A DNA stretch of 64,000 nucleotides, taken from positions 13,454,001-13,518,000 of the forward strand of contig NC_043024.1 of NCBI RefSeq assembly GCF_006345805.1, in the 5' to 3' direction. The position numbers and the translations under genes are program-made. The notes under the pieces are model-generated. The model was not told where the DNA came from, searched no databases, and was given only the letters and a program-made list of their open reading frames with translations. Positions 42,461 to 57,232 of this stretch are shown here, piece after piece (the stretch's first letter is position 1; each line of letters opens with the position of its first letter). Origin of the DNA: Octopus sinensis (taxonomy: Eukaryota).

Positions 42461-43056
42461 GATAAATAGATAGAGATATTACAATATATGCATGTATATC
42501 ATACATACTTACATGTATTATATACATATAGGTTGCGTTTGCTTATAAATGCGTGTGTGAGAGTGTTTGTATACACATACACAAACAGACACGCACACAC
42601 ACAAACACACACACACAAACACACACACACAGCCACGCACGTTTACATGTATATACGCATTCCTTTACCGTGATCGGCATTATGAGAATTTCAAAAATTC
42701 ATGAAGAATCCTATATTTAATTATCCTCCGAAATCGAACCGCGTGACTTCTAAGAATTGCATCAATAAATTATCTGCTATCGATCTCAGATAATGAAATG
42801 TGCAAGTATAGATTACAATTATGGTGTCTCTTTAGAGATGGAGAGAAAAGAAAAGAAACCAGAAACAAATGTATTGGAATCGAAGAATTAAGTAAGAATT
42901 AGAGACAGTTTTCTCTTTATGATGTGATAAAACAACACCACGGCATGTCAGCTGGTGACGCAGGAAGAACATACTCACTTGATGTGTTATTGATCTGATG
43001 TCTATATATAGGTATGTGTGTGTGTGCGTGTATGTGTGTGTTTCTGTATATGTGTG

Positions 43057-43136
<80 letters not shown>

Positions 43137-43399
43137 CGTGTGTGAGTGCGTTTGTGTGCATGTGTGCGTTTCTGTCCGTGTATATGTATGTATGTTTCTA
43201 TGTGCACATGTGTTTCTCTGTAGGTGTGTATGCCTGTGTGTGTATGCGTATACTCTGAGTTGCAGAGGTGTGGTTTAGAAGCTTCATTCCCAACAATGTG
43301 GTCATAAGATCAATCCCTCTGAATGACAACTTTGATGTCTTTCACTGTAGTTCCGCTCCGAGCAAAATTTTACGGGTAGATTTAGTATATAGAAACTGA

Positions 43400-44150
43400 A
43401 GGAAGCGCAGCATACACACACAGACACACATACACTTTGCTTAATAAACACTCTGTAAGATTTTATGAGGTGCTAATAGTTTCATGCGATGAAAACCGCT
43501 CAGGCAGCATTTTTGATATGTCTGGTGCATTCATGCAATCCTCGGGCTCTGCCCACATGGCAGTAGAAGATAAACAATATGACAGGATAAGAGAAAATGT
43601 AAGAAAAGATGAGAAGGAAGCAGATACAAAAGGCGGGATGTTGAAAACACCGGAAAACGAAACGGAAAACGGAGGAAAAAGAAGGGGAAAATTAAAGTTA
43701 AATCTTAATTGATAAGGGCCTAGAGTCTGCTTTATAGTCTGCCTGGAGTCTGCGGAACAGCTCCTCAATCCGGAGAGTGTGATATCTTCCAATGAGCCAA
43801 CAGGAACTTAGCCATATGTTTATATCCGCTGAACTTTTCAGATCTGGAATTCAGCAGTGCGGTGGAGTTCTTAGAACTGAAAAGGGTGTGTGTTCTTTCA
43901 GCTACGCATATCTTATATGTTTTTGATCTGTTGACATATGGTGCGGATTTTCCACTTGATAATATGTGGTGTGGCGTTAAACTTCAAACTCCATACGTGG
44001 CTAGATGACTTAGTAGCACTGTTTTTGTCCCTGTTCCGGATGTAAGATGTGGTTAGCATAGCCCGAGAAGATAGCACCTTCCTATAACAGTCTTGACGTT
44101 TATATTCGAAGGTGGCTTTGAGCGCGAATCTTTGTCTGTGTGATTTCTTT
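43400..44150 (-). mobile_element. Possible decayed CR1-like LINE RT
   Basis: Weak relics LLSHLATYGV, LEDITL (YADD-like), QLRFN and LILSYC..MW in the expected order. Confidence 0.3.
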
Positions 44151-44260
44151 TGTCGTTCACCACAGCTATCAAAGCAGTTCCACTTTGCTCATGACTATAA
44201 TTTTGTTCGTCAACAGAAGAATAAAATTATTATTTGGCTGAAAATATAAAGGTGAGCATT

Positions 44261-44357
44261 GGGGTCAACGTTTCCGATTAAACCGTTGCAGGCGGTGCTC
44301 CAGTATGACCGCGGTCAAATGACTGAAACATCTAAGCGATAGAAGATAAAAAAGATA
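44261..44357 (+). mobile_element. SINE 3' fragment (family A-type tail)
   Basis: ggcggtgctccagtatgaccgcggtcaaatgactgaaaca. Confidence 0.75.
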
Positions 44358-44399
44358 TCTAGAGAATAACTTCGACGCCGTTTACAGAGAGACAGAAGG

Positions 44400-44930
44400 A
44401 AACCACATGGAATCCAACGCCAGCAAGTTTCAAAGCTTCGCCGATATTTCTACACGACACAACGAAAGTATTCCAGACCAGAAGTAATTGTTAAAAGAAA
44501 GAATCGCCAGGAATGTTAATATGGAAAGACGCATCGTTCCATTTGCACATTAGGAAAATGGCAAAAACATGCAGCAGATAGGCATAATCGATCAGAAGGT
44601 CATTGAAATGAAGAGTACAAGTGATCGTGATTGGTCTCTGAAAACCATTCCTTCTTAGCTATCGATAGTAATACGCCTCCAGTTACGGGGGCCTCGTACT
44701 GTCAAGCTCAGCAGCGGACTGGATGCGATCCAAACAACTTATATGAAATAATATTGATCGCAAGCAGAAAATGAGATATTAGGAAAGATTGAAAGCTTTG
44801 AGGTTATATTCCCTTGGAAATTTTATGTCGAAATATTAGCTACAGAGAGAATTTATCATGCAAGGAGGCGAAGAGAAATTGTTTGATACAGAATTGTAGT
44901 GTATAACCGTAGACTATGGATTTGTTAATT
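44400..44930 (+). mobile_element. CR1/L2-group LINE 3' relic
   Basis: MESNASKFQ, LDAIQ (44719-33) and Y*ERLKALRLYSL (~44777-44815) match the LE.IQR / YWERLK.L.LYSLERRR pattern. Confidence 0.7.
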
Positions 44931-44964
44931 TTTAGATATTCAAGCCGGTCTCTCTAGCTATCTT

Positions 44965-44997
<33 letters not shown>

Positions 44998-45007
44998 TTT
45001 CTTTCCT

Positions 45008-45053
<46 letters not shown>

Positions 45054-45087
45054 AAGCAACCAATCTATCTTTCTTCTTTCTCTCTCT

Positions 45088-45140
<53 letters not shown>

Positions 45141-46057
45141 GCGAGAGAGAGAGAGAAAGAGAGAGAGAAAAATGTGCGCTTATGTATGCAGGTATATACA
45201 CGTATATATATATATATATATAATATATATACGATATGTGTCAGTTTGTGTGAGTGAATACACAACCACGCAAGTACACAAACAACAATACGCACGCGCA
45301 CACACACACACATATGACTCTTGCAATTAATGCAGTCGCGAAAGATGGGTTTACTACTTAATTTCAGTTCGAACTGCTGCTGCTGGCTTCAGAGACGAGA
45401 ATAAAGAAGAATATAAAAACACACACTACTGTGACAATGGAGGGAGCAAGAGTGGCACATACGGCAGCAGACAGGATGAAAGAAAACTTACAGCCGGACA
45501 TAAGAATAAGGATGAAGGAGATATTAATGTAGAAGAGAGAGAAAAAAACAAGGTCAAGTAGTTAAATAAATATAAAAGAAGGCACGAACAGTTATGGAAA
45601 GCAGGAGGAGAAAGTGCTTACCTCTAATTGACACACATATGTATACATAACACAGACAGGGTCGAAAATATAAGTGCATGTCCTGACCTGTGTGTGTTGT
45701 TTGTCTCTCTTCTGCAAAGTCAATCGCTGGTTTTGTAATTGTAGACATCATACGTTTGCCTTTCTCGGTATTACTGTCAAGACTGGGGAAATCGCATACT
45801 CTATATTAGATGAAAATATCTCTCTCTGAAATAACTTCAACAATATATATATATATATAAAGTTAATCCAAACAAGAAAACACAGAAAAAAAGAGAAAAA
45901 ATGAGAAAAAAACACAGCAACGCAGGACGTGGAACAATAAAAGTATTATTGACGCTCAGGAAAGAAGGGAAGGAGGGCTTAACGTTTCGAGCGGAGCTCT
46001 TCGTCGGAATCAAACAGAAGGAAAGATCCCAAGGAGGGAAGACAGAGGAAAAAATAT

Positions 46058-46195
46058 ATTCTTGTAATTGTTTCGGTCATTTGACTGTGGCCATGCTGCA
46101 GCACCGCCTTTTAGTCGAGCAAATCGACGTCAGGACTTATCCTTTGTAATTCTAGTACTTATTCTATCGGTCTCTTTTTGCCGAATCGGTAAGTT
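46058..46195 (-). mobile_element. SINE family A 3' fragment
   Basis: catttgactgtggccatgctgcagcaccgccttttagtcgagcaaatcgac..tagtacttattctatcggtctc. Confidence 0.85.
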
Positions 46196-46479
46196 TGTAT
46201 ATGTGTGTGTGTGTGTGTGTGTATATGCATGCCTCTCTGGGTTACATATATAAACCTACGTGAAAGGCAAATTTCAATATTTCCTTCTAGATTTGAAATA
46301 GAAATTCGAACCTTACTGGATTCTCCTCAAATTTTTCTACATGTGTGATGTACGTATGCATAAGCAGACTCATACACATCGAGATAAACCTACGCAGACA
46401 CACCCTCACACAGTCGCACACACACACACACACACAGATGCATATATACCTGTATGTGGTTATGTATATGCATGAAATA

Positions 46480-46780
46480 AATCTATATCTGGAGGTTTAG
46501 TTCATGTCGAGATATTTCCCTGTAAATTGACTCCAGGCAGATCACAATTTTCCCATCTTCTCTTCCATTCTTTATCAATCTACGTCTTTCTTGATGAATT
46601 CGACCTCCTGCGTTCACAACCTTCTCTTTTGATCTACATCAACAGAACCTTTAGATGCTTCTCTGCAATGTGAATTTTGAGACCTAGATTTCTCGACATT
46701 GTTTTTGCTTCCAGGAACGATTCTCCATTCCTATTGACCGATTGAACTATTCTCTCTCTTCGTAATTTCATCCTGGTTTC
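46480..46780 (-). mobile_element. Possible RTE-like RT fragment
   Basis: Minus strand gives SRNLGLKIH.. followed by a YLG-like remnant; decayed. Confidence 0.3.
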
Positions 46781-47286
46781 AGATTTTTTGTGTGTTAGTC
46801 AATTGTGTTTAGTAGCTTATTCATCACTCTTCACAATAATTAGACTGTATATCCATACTGAATAGATCATTATCCTCTGGCATCGCTAAAAATATCGCAC
46901 CGTTTTCTTTATATATTGTTATTTCATATCTGGCGTCGTTAATATTTTTTCTAATAAATTTTGTGTGATTTTCATTTGAGAAGATGCCGGCTGTTATTGC
47001 GACTGGGGAAAGGAGTTAATAAATTTTATTGTTTTGTCTCCGTTAGTATTACTTTGCTCTCGTTCTTCCTTGCGGTACAGGGGCTGTGTCTGATGATTGA
47101 ATTTCTCGGCCCGTTCCATACATTCAGTAAAAAAAAAAATATACATTTCGCGCGCTAATTTGTTTTATAATTATGTTATGGTATATATGATTGCGTCCAA
47201 AGTTCGAACATCTCAATTAGCTGGAAAGAGAGGTGTAGGTGTGTCTGCCTGGAAAGAAGTTTACGTTCCAGCTATACAGTTTCCAA

Positions 47287-47365
47287 TATAGGCTTCGGCC
47301 CACCAAACATTGCGTGTGGATTTGGCAAACAGAAACTGAAAGAAGCCCGTAGTATATAATACACA
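47287..47365 (+). mobile_element. SINE family A central fragment
   Basis: gtggatttggcaaacagaaactgaaagaagcccgtagtata. Confidence 0.75.
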
Positions 47366-47905
47366 GACATACATATATATATATGTGTGACTGAGAACAC
47401 CGAAACACCTATATTGCTAGAAATAGTAGTTAAAGACCGTTAATGCTGTAAGAAGTGCCCGATGTATATACACTGGCAAGGGAGATAACCGCGCCAAGAC
47501 CGTCTTAAATATCGTTAGACTAGATTAGTTTCGCTATTTCGCAGGCATCATCAGTTGTGACTCCTATCAGTGTATACATTTTGTGGTCTTCCTACAATAT
47601 TAAGGGTCTTTGATTCTTATTTGCATTAATGTAGGTCCTTCGGCACTAACAGTTACATTTAATGACAATAAAATTCTTCCATTATGGCATTATATTGCCC
47701 CTAGCTGATTACATTAATTCATTTATGCATGTACGTATGTATGTATGTATTTATGTATGTATGTATGTATTTATGTATGTATGTATGTATTTATGTATGT
47801 ATGTATGTATGTATATATCTATATATCTATATCTATATATCCATATATCTCTCACTCTATCTATATCTATGTATCTATCTATCTATCTATCTATCTATCT
47901 CTCTA

Positions 47906-47940
<35 letters not shown>

Positions 47941-48659
47941 GTACATGCATGTGTATATGTATATGTGTGTGTATTTGTGCTTGTGTGAGTGAGTGTTTCT
48001 GTCTGTGTCCCAATCCGCCGCTTGCCATCTGGTGTTGGTTTCTTTACGTCCACGTAAATCCCAGTTTGGCCTTCACATGATTGCCTTTTATTTTCGCTAT
48101 CCACACCACGATGACGGTTCTTTCGGAACTGTAAATATAGCATGATGAAGTCAGTCGAACAAACGGTGATTTCCGAGGTCACGACATGGACAAACCACTG
48201 GAAAAATGGCAAGAAATCGCGAACAATGAAAGAGATTATATTACTCACTGATTTATTGTTGAAGAGAAAAAAGTTCTAAAACAAATGGAAGAGAAATCCA
48301 TTCCATGGCAACCAAAGGGGCTGAGACCAACCAAATTCTGGTCAACCAAAGGGACTGAGACCAAAGAATAAAGGACTTTCAGTTTTGGGTAATCACGTAT
48401 GAGTCTACGACTATATTCTTCACTGTGATCCAACTAATTTAGGCCGGGTGTGTATAATATGATTCAGATGAATTAATGGGTGTTGCAGACTACAGTCACG
48501 TTTAAATGGTCTCATTTTGGATCACTTAACTCGTCATGTGATTATCGTGCTGAAGCTGGAAGGAAATTTCGGTGGAGGAAACCAAAAGATGAGAATCTGT
48601 TCCGGCCATCAATGCTACATTTAAAGGCTTCCTTTTAAGATAGTGTGCTTCGAATCAAT

Positions 48660-48676
48660 GTATGCATATGTATATG

Positions 48677-48752
<76 letters not shown>

Positions 48753-48822
48753 TATATAAATATATATATACATATATATATATATACATATATATATATT
48801 CATATATATATATATATGTGTG

Positions 48823-48854
<32 letters not shown>

Positions 48855-49190
48855 TGTATATATATGTATATATATATGTATATATATATATACATATATA
48901 TAAACACACATATATATGTCTTTATATACACAGAGAGAGTGGGGGAGAGAGAGAGATAGGTATGTATGTATATATATATATACATACATACATACACACA
49001 TACATGGATACTTACATGCATGTGGTAATGTGTTTATATATACATGCATATGTGTGTGTCCACGCATGTGTGCGTTTGTGCGTGGGTGCGCAGTTGCGCA
49101 TATGTGTGTCTGTGCCTGAGTGTGTGTATGCGTGCGTATATGTCCGTGTGTATGTGTGTGTGTGCGCGCTCGCATGTACGTGTATTCCTT
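48660..49190. repeat. (TA)n/(TG)n compound microsatellite
   Basis: Direct reading; source of the 255-aa and 197-aa spurious ORFs. Confidence 0.95.
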
Positions 49191-49648
49191 TAAGAATTTG
49201 GCAAGCTCTCCGATATCACACGTTTCTGCTGCTGGTTCTGTTTGATTTATGTTAGTTCTGCTTAAGCAGATCCCGAGCAACTTCGATCCCTTTGATCCAC
49301 CTGAGATAATCCTATTGGACAGAGTGAGCAATTGCTTAAACTTGTGTCGTGGAATAATGGAACTGCACTTAAAATAGACCCTTCCCAAACGTAGGCCCTC
49401 GGTATCATTTTGCTCATAGAAGGCTATTAGTTGTATGGCTATGCTACAGTGCCCTCTCTGCCATATGTATTAACCCAAGAAAGCAAATGATAGAAGAGAT
49501 ACCGCAAAGTACCTCGTCCCATGATCTAACAGGTCTTCCACTTGGTGACACTTTATTTTATCAACTTCGAAATCGGGAAAGCAAAACATACCAAGGTAAC
49601 TTTTGACCTCAAAGCTTGTTTATTTAACCAATAATTATCTCAGATTTT

Positions 49649-49912
49649 TTGAAGGCACGTGATACCTTCACGACTGCTCGATCACATTTCCGACTCAGGG
49701 ACCGTGCGGTGCTTTACGTTCTCGAACAAAACAATTTATTTTATGTTGTTCCAATCCAACCAGCTTTAAATGTGTTCAAGCAATTGCTGGGAAGTTACCT
49801 CTTCGAAGGACTGGCGTTCCATCCACTGGGACTCGTAATAATTGCGGTAATTTATATACCGTTGAAGCCTGGTTAAACTCCAGCCTGATGAGTCCTCAAG
49901 GTATAAACGTTC
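49649..49912 (+). mobile_element. Penelope-like element 3' relic (GIY-YIG C-terminus-like + decayed HHR)
   Basis: SHFRLRDRAVLYVLEQ..IQPALNVFKQ..LF resembles the PLE endonuclease tail (F.IL....L..LE...I....P.LN.Q). It is followed by CTGATGA-gtcc-tcaa-gg.. at 49885. Confidence 0.45.
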
Positions 49913-50566
49913 TATTACTGTTTCCATATTTCTATGTTCAAACGCATTCCGTTAATTGAAACCCCCATCTTCTGTCTCTGAAAACTGTGTGTAACATAAT
50001 TAAATGTTTTCCTATTGTTTAAAAGTCGAACGAAGAAAGATTTCTCTTGTAATATTGTTACTTTGCTGGTATTTCTAACATATCTAGCTATTAGAAAACC
50101 TACCTAACTGTCGAGGCCAGCGCAATTATTTATCATGACTCATGCACACAACGTTCGACTGCAGCTGGTCCATGACAAATGATTGCCGAAAGTAATTCTC
50201 GTTTGAAAGCTAGAATACGTTTTCAGATCAGCCTTCGAAATTAACTTCTGCACGTACAGTTGCACAAAAACTCTAACTCGTCTTACACTGTCATAGCTGG
50301 TGATGGGTGTATTGGGAATTTAAAATATAAACTAAAACTTCCTACGTTTCTCGTATAAACCCATTCACATAGACATGTCTGTGAATTTGTAGAACCATAT
50401 AACCATGTATACATGTGTGCTGGAACCGAAGTTAATATATACTGCTCAAATTTCGACATTCAAACAGCTGCGCATATCTTCAAGAGGATGAAATCAAAAT
50501 GTTCATCGTGTTAATATATGTATTTGTTCGCGAGTCAATAATGTACACATACATACAGATATATGC

Positions 50567-50606
<40 letters not shown>

Positions 50607-50779
50607 GTATATATATATATGTATGTATACATATCTTTATCTTTATGTATACATACATGAACGCATACATATATACACTCAAACACGCTCACAACAGTAT
50701 GCTGATATCATAGTATTCCTGCTTGAGAGAATAATATATACACATATACGTACACAAATGCATGTCTCCATACATACAC

Positions 50780-51196
<417 letters not shown>

Positions 51197-51834
51197 CAAG
51201 TGCACAAACACACAATTAAGTTGGTTATAGGTAGTAGTGTCCATATACGTGACAATGCATGTTCAATTCTCAAGTGTGTAATTCTGTGCGAAGATTTAAT
51301 GAGAAATATGTATTCGAAGTCTTGTACTATTGCGGATGACATTTCATAGAATTTCTCGAAAGAAAATATTCGGTTTATATCCGATTGCTTACATACCAGT
51401 TCTCTTCAGCCAGCTGCGGCTAAAATGCTTTCACATCGTTGGTAAAACGATCCAAAAAGCCATGGAACCAGTAGAGTCTTGACACTGGGATTAGTTGCAA
51501 CGCCGTTTTACGTTGTAGAACGTTCAATATTTTATATTTGGGGTTTGTCTTTCGGATTGGCGTTTGATGAATGGAAATTGGACACTGGCACGATGAATAA
51601 TCACGTTTATGGTATCTCCTTAGTAACGCATTTTCTAAATATCATTTCTCGTTTCAAGCAATTCCTAGATGCATCTCTTTCTCTCTCCCTCTCTCTCTCG
51701 CTCTCTCTTGTATCTCCTATAGGTTTTGAGAAAAATTTGAGGGAAAGATTTATCTGCGAAATATTCTATTGATTACTTTAAGATATGTTGAATCCAAATA
51801 AATGTATGTGTATATGATTATAATGTATATATAG

Positions 51835-51874
<40 letters not shown>

Positions 51875-52015
51875 GTGTGGTGTGTGTGTGTGTGTGTGGT
51901 GTGTGTGTGAGAGAGTGTGTGTGTGTGTGTGTAAATATATAAATATATTATATATTTAGATATGTATTTATGTATGTATTTATGTAAGTATGTAGTATCT
52001 ATCTATGTATCTATT

Positions 52016-52048
<33 letters not shown>

Positions 52049-52139
52049 ATCTATATATATATATTGATAATTTGATATATCTATATAAATATATGTACAT
52101 GTATATGTAAATGTGTGTCTGTCTCCTACTTCCACTCTA

Positions 52140-52180
<41 letters not shown>

Positions 52181-52434
52181 TTAGCGAGAGAGAGAGAGAG
52201 AGAGACAGACAGAGAGAGACAGAGAGAGAAAATGGTACGAATCCATTCGGTGGTAATAATTCCTCTGCTATCTTGAGTTACAAATTCTTCTAATGCTATC
52301 TATTATGACACATTTTCTTGGAACATTTACGGACTTTGATAACATAATGTCTGTGGAGGATTCAAGAAGAGCAGCAGAATATTTTGGCAGGGAACACATC
52401 AATTCTCGCCATCTTGTGTAATTCCAGTAACATG

Positions 52435-52600
52435 AAATGTCTTCTTCTTCTTCTTCTTCTTCTTCTTCTTCTTCTTCTTCTTTTCTCTTTTTCTTACTCT
52501 TCTTCCTCTCTCTTCTTCTTCTTACTTCTTCTTCTTCTTCTTCTCCTTTCTTTCTTCTTTCTTCTTCTTCTCTCTCTTCTTCTCTTCTCTTTCTTTCTAC
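52435..52600. repeat. (CTT)n microsatellite
   Basis: Direct reading. Confidence 0.95.
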
Positions 52601-53336
52601 AAGGGAGATAATCGTTTCATTATAATATTCGAAAAGATTAGGAATTTGAAGAAGAAATTAAGAAATTATAAAGGAAAACTAAATGAATAGAATTCTTTCA
52701 TGAATTATCTATTACCTATTAAGTATTTAATTACTTGTTACTAATTGCAAAACTTTAAAATTTCTTGTTTGATGGTATATATGTACAGGAGTATTTCATT
52801 CCATTTAGAAATTGACAGCATGATATAAGCAGCGAATATAACATGATAGCCAGTCAATGCTACACTCATGGCGCATATCATTTAACGTCGTTTCAATTGC
52901 ACCAACGAGAAACGTAACCCTAAATATGTAGCACGCATGCGTTGTGTGAGTGTAGCAAGTTTCGGTACGTCGTGGTACAAACAAAAGATTTTATCATAAA
53001 TTACTAAGTTTTAGCCTCAGGGAATTTCTTCTTATTTCAGTTGGACACTTTTGGAAATGAAATCACATACATTTACAAGATAAACCCCACCTATTCCTTA
53101 TTATCGCTCTTGTATCTGGAATTATGTATGTTTGTATGCATGTATGTATGTATACAATGTTGGAGATGAATATAAATTTTATATATTTCCACATGTCGTT
53201 GAGTTACTTTGCTGTCGGCTAGAATGTCTAAATATATCGGATTAATATATCCATAAGGTGTAAGTTTTTTGTTAAATGATAAATATACTGATACATACAT
53301 GCATACACCGATATACACAGAACTTTAAATGATATG

Positions 53337-53387
<51 letters not shown>

Positions 53388-53779
53388 GTATGTATATATA
53401 TAAAGTGTGTGTATGCGTATTTGTGTGTGTGTGTGTGCATGTACATATATGAGAATAGATGTGTATATATATATATATATATATATGTAAAAGTATGTGT
53501 ATATGCGCATATATATATACATACACAGGCACACAGACAGACACACACTCATATGAACACACTCCCACACACATATATATATGAATATATATATGTATGT
53601 TAGATATATTCATACGAATATTGTCTGAACGCGTAATGACATGTTCTCTCGTAATGTTTCAGCCCCTACTGTGTGGCCCAGTAGTCAGGAAGGGGTTTTA
53701 ATATATCGTTCATTTCCTTTATAAATTTTGATATTTTAGTAGGTAAGTTATAGAAAAAGGGTGTGAGATTTAGTTCTCC

Positions 53780-54870
53780 GAGGTGTTAAACATGACATCC
53801 TTTAAATGTCGTCCACATTCCAATTCGCATAAACGTGCTCTATCTAAGGTGTTTTCCATAACAGCCCTCAACATTTGTGGTACCAGTGATCTAATTTCTG
53901 TTGTAATGTTATTTTTAAGATATGAAATCTTTTACAGGCATTTGGACAATCTTTTTTCCAAAGATAATCCCATAGAAAGTCTGGAGCGGTTAGTTCTGGA
54001 GAATGTGATGTCCAATTTATCTCTGAAAATGGAGACATTTAATTTTCTATTAAAACTTTTCCTCAACATTTCATTTGATTTCCTTGCTGTGACATCCTGC
54101 TGGAACCACATGCCAGGCAGATTTTGAAGCACCGGACGTAAAAAATTCATCTCCCGTGACAGTAAAAAAGTCTCCATCCTCATTTTCGAAGAAATAAGGT
54201 CTTATCACTTTTTCTGAAGTTATCTCACACTAGACGGTACACTTAATGGGAAGCAGCTCTCTTTGATGTATTGCCGTAGGAACATCTGAACCCCAAATCA
54301 TGCAGTTTTGTTTATTAATAAATCCGTTCAATTAAATATGGGCTTCATCTGACATAATCAATTTATGGAAAAATTCTGTATCTTCTGTTACTAATTCTTG
54401 TAGCAACATAATCTGGTTCTTTCACATGTTGCTCCAATCGGATTTTATACAGAAAAAGATCCATTGTTTTTAAAATTCGTTGGAGCAATGTCCTACCGGC
54501 TCCTACTTGTCAAGAGGGTCTCAAACTATTCAGGCTTTCCCAGTAGCTCCTTTAACAGATTCTATAAATGCATATATATATCTAACACATTTCGGGGTTC
54601 TTCTTGAATACTCCCCCTTACACGCTGACCGTGGCTTCGTTTGCACCAGAGCGGTGTTTGCCTATACTTGGAAGGTCACTTACTGGTCCTTCAACCTCAA
54701 AACGCCTGACTATTAATTCGCTCGGACAATTCATTCCTCCATAATGACCAAATTAATGATCCGCATACAATGCTCTCCAAATTGCCGTGATGTTTCCAAC
54801 ATTTTGTCGACAGATAGAAACTTTCTCCATGCAGTCTACAAAATACAGTGTACAGTTTCCTAACGGGTTT
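53780..54870 (-). mobile_element. Tc1/mariner-superfamily transposase relic, probably DD41D (rosa/Visitor type)
   Basis: IMSDEAHI*LNGFINKQNCMIWGS, RPYFFENEDG, WFQQDV, INWTSHSPELTAPDFLWDYL and HLKDVMF in order. A frameshift prevents a direct D-D count, so the family call rests on motif resemblance. Confidence 0.8.
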
Positions 54871-55122
54871 TAATATGTCTAAAACATATTTGAACTTGCA
54901 GCAGTTTCCTTTTAATATATATACAAATCACGCAACTATATTTCTTTCACGCCATAAAAATAATTTATCTATTGTACTTTCAAAAGATTTTGTCTTGGAG
55001 GCTATTCCATAGTTAATGCCATATATATAAGCTAGGATTAAGAGTACAAGATTTTGGATAATTTAAGCTTGTGATTTGGCAGGTGTTTTGCGGTTGTACT
55101 TTTCTTCGTATAAAGAACTTAC

Positions 55123-55153
<31 letters not shown>

Positions 55154-55355
55154 GCTGTGTGTTTATACATGCAAACATACGTATATATACATATGTATAC
55201 ATGTATGTGTATGCATATATGTATATATGTATATATGTATATGTATATATATATATTTATATAAATATATACACATACATATACATATGCATATATATTT
55301 GTAGATACATATATACATACATATATATGTATATATACATATATACATAGATATA

Positions 55356-55395
<40 letters not shown>

Positions 55396-56929
55396 CATTT
55401 GTGTAGGTTTGTGTGCGCGTGCGATGCCATGTGAGTGACCAAACACAAAACTATAATTTGCTTACACACGTCAGCACAGGTGTAACAATAACTGCCATGG
55501 GAATCTTTTAATGTATCACCTGGAATATATGAGATAGTACTGGAAGCTGTAGTCGATAAATTATGCAGATATAGTTAAATTAAGTTGGACATACAAGCAG
55601 GACATATGGACGAATCATTGAATCAAAACTTATAAAGGTGAGATTTTTCACATAAACAGGTAAATATTTAGTTATTGCTTTAGTGAAAGCTTTCGTATAC
55701 ATAGACACAGCAACATATATATAAACACGCACATACACACAATCATATATATATATATATATATCTATATTTATATATATTTATTTATATATATATATGT
55801 TCCTTTAGTCATCGACTAAGTGAAACATATAGCTAATAGAATGTTCTTGTTACTATTGTTAATGTTTTATGCTGATAAAATGCCCTCGTTGTTGTTGTTG
55901 TTAATGTTTTTGCCTTCCTCTTTCTGCGTTTGGTGTTCGGTGAGTCATGGACTTTGGTTCTACCGCTGCTTTTCACTCCGATGTTTGTCCTGCTGTGAAT
56001 CAGGTTCGTCGCCGGTTCTGAGTATGGTTAGATTATTTAAGTGTTATTTAAATACGTTGACATCCTTTGTACCTAGAAACCCTCTTGTTCCTCGTCATCA
56101 TGCTAAATAAAAGCACGCTTCGAATCGAAAAGTGATGCTGAGTCTGTTGTTTCGACATTAATCATTGAATTCCAAAGCCTACATTTACGCACAGAGACAC
56201 ATTCACACACACACACACGGACACACACACAGATAGATACTCAGGTAGATAGATGGACAGATAGACAGACAAATAGATAGGTAAACAGTTAGATAGATAG
56301 ACAGACAGACAGACGTATAGATAGACATATAAATTATAAATATAAATTATAAATAGATAGACAAACAGATAGACAGAGAGATAAGCCGTTAGATAGAAAG
56401 TAGGTAATTGGATGGGGAACCAGATTGTTCGGTGTGTATATTTGCATAAAATTCTGCTTTGTCCTCTAAGGTGAATAGCTTCAGGGGTGCTAAGCATTCT
56501 TCATCGATGATCTGCTGCATATAAGCAATTTAATGCTGATGGATTGCCTCTTCGTGTTCCGCGGCCACTTCAATAATATTAACAATAGTCAAGAATAACA
56601 ATCTCAATAATAACACTCTAAACGACTAGATAACAAATTCTTTCTCCATATCAACACGAATCCTTTCCTTGTTGTAAATATTTTCAAAGCCCTTTCTATC
56701 AGTCTTTGCTACATTAAGGCTGTCTCACTAACATGTCCATGAAACAAGACATCAGAATCCATTTACTTTGAACCCGAACTTTCACATTGATTGTATCAAT
56801 GGAAATGCAATAAATCTCTCCATTTCCTATGTATTCTGTCTGAATAAGATAGAAAGTTGATTGAGTGTGTTTGAAAACGTCCCAGTCTTAAATATGTGTT
56901 TTTTCCAGCCTATTTGTATATATGTATAA

Positions 56930-57232
56930 CTAGCAGTATCGCCCGGCGTTGCTCGGGTTTGTAAGGGAAATAACTATATAAGCATTTTTAGAGAGTTACT
57001 TCCCTTATATAAACCGAGCAAAAAATGCATTAAAAAACGAAAAAATGATGGTAATTTTTTTTTTAATCGTAGACTCATCGTAGACGCGCGCTAATACCCA
57101 GAAGGGCTCGATATGAATCTCGACTATAAGATACCCGCTTTTGGTTAAACTGCACCGCAAAATATAGGAGTAGTTAGGAATCTAATTCGGAGGAGACAGA
57201 CTCTCACACTACTTCAGTTTTATATATAAAGA
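56930..57232 (-). mobile_element. Non-autonomous Helitron, copy 2
   Basis: 5' TCTTTATATATAAAACTGAAG, 3' hairpin plus CTAG, A/T insertion site; homologous to 3616-4009. Confidence 0.85.

Noticed and set aside
45370-45560. Open frame after ttaatttcag (RTAAAGFRDENKEEY..)
   Set aside because: Purine-rich sequence is easily stop-free; no homology and a weak donor.
48309-48364. 22-bp direct repeat caaccaaaggg(g/a)ctgagaccaa x2 as a CRISPR-like array
   Set aside because: Only two units with a 12-bp spacer in eukaryotic DNA; a simple local duplication.
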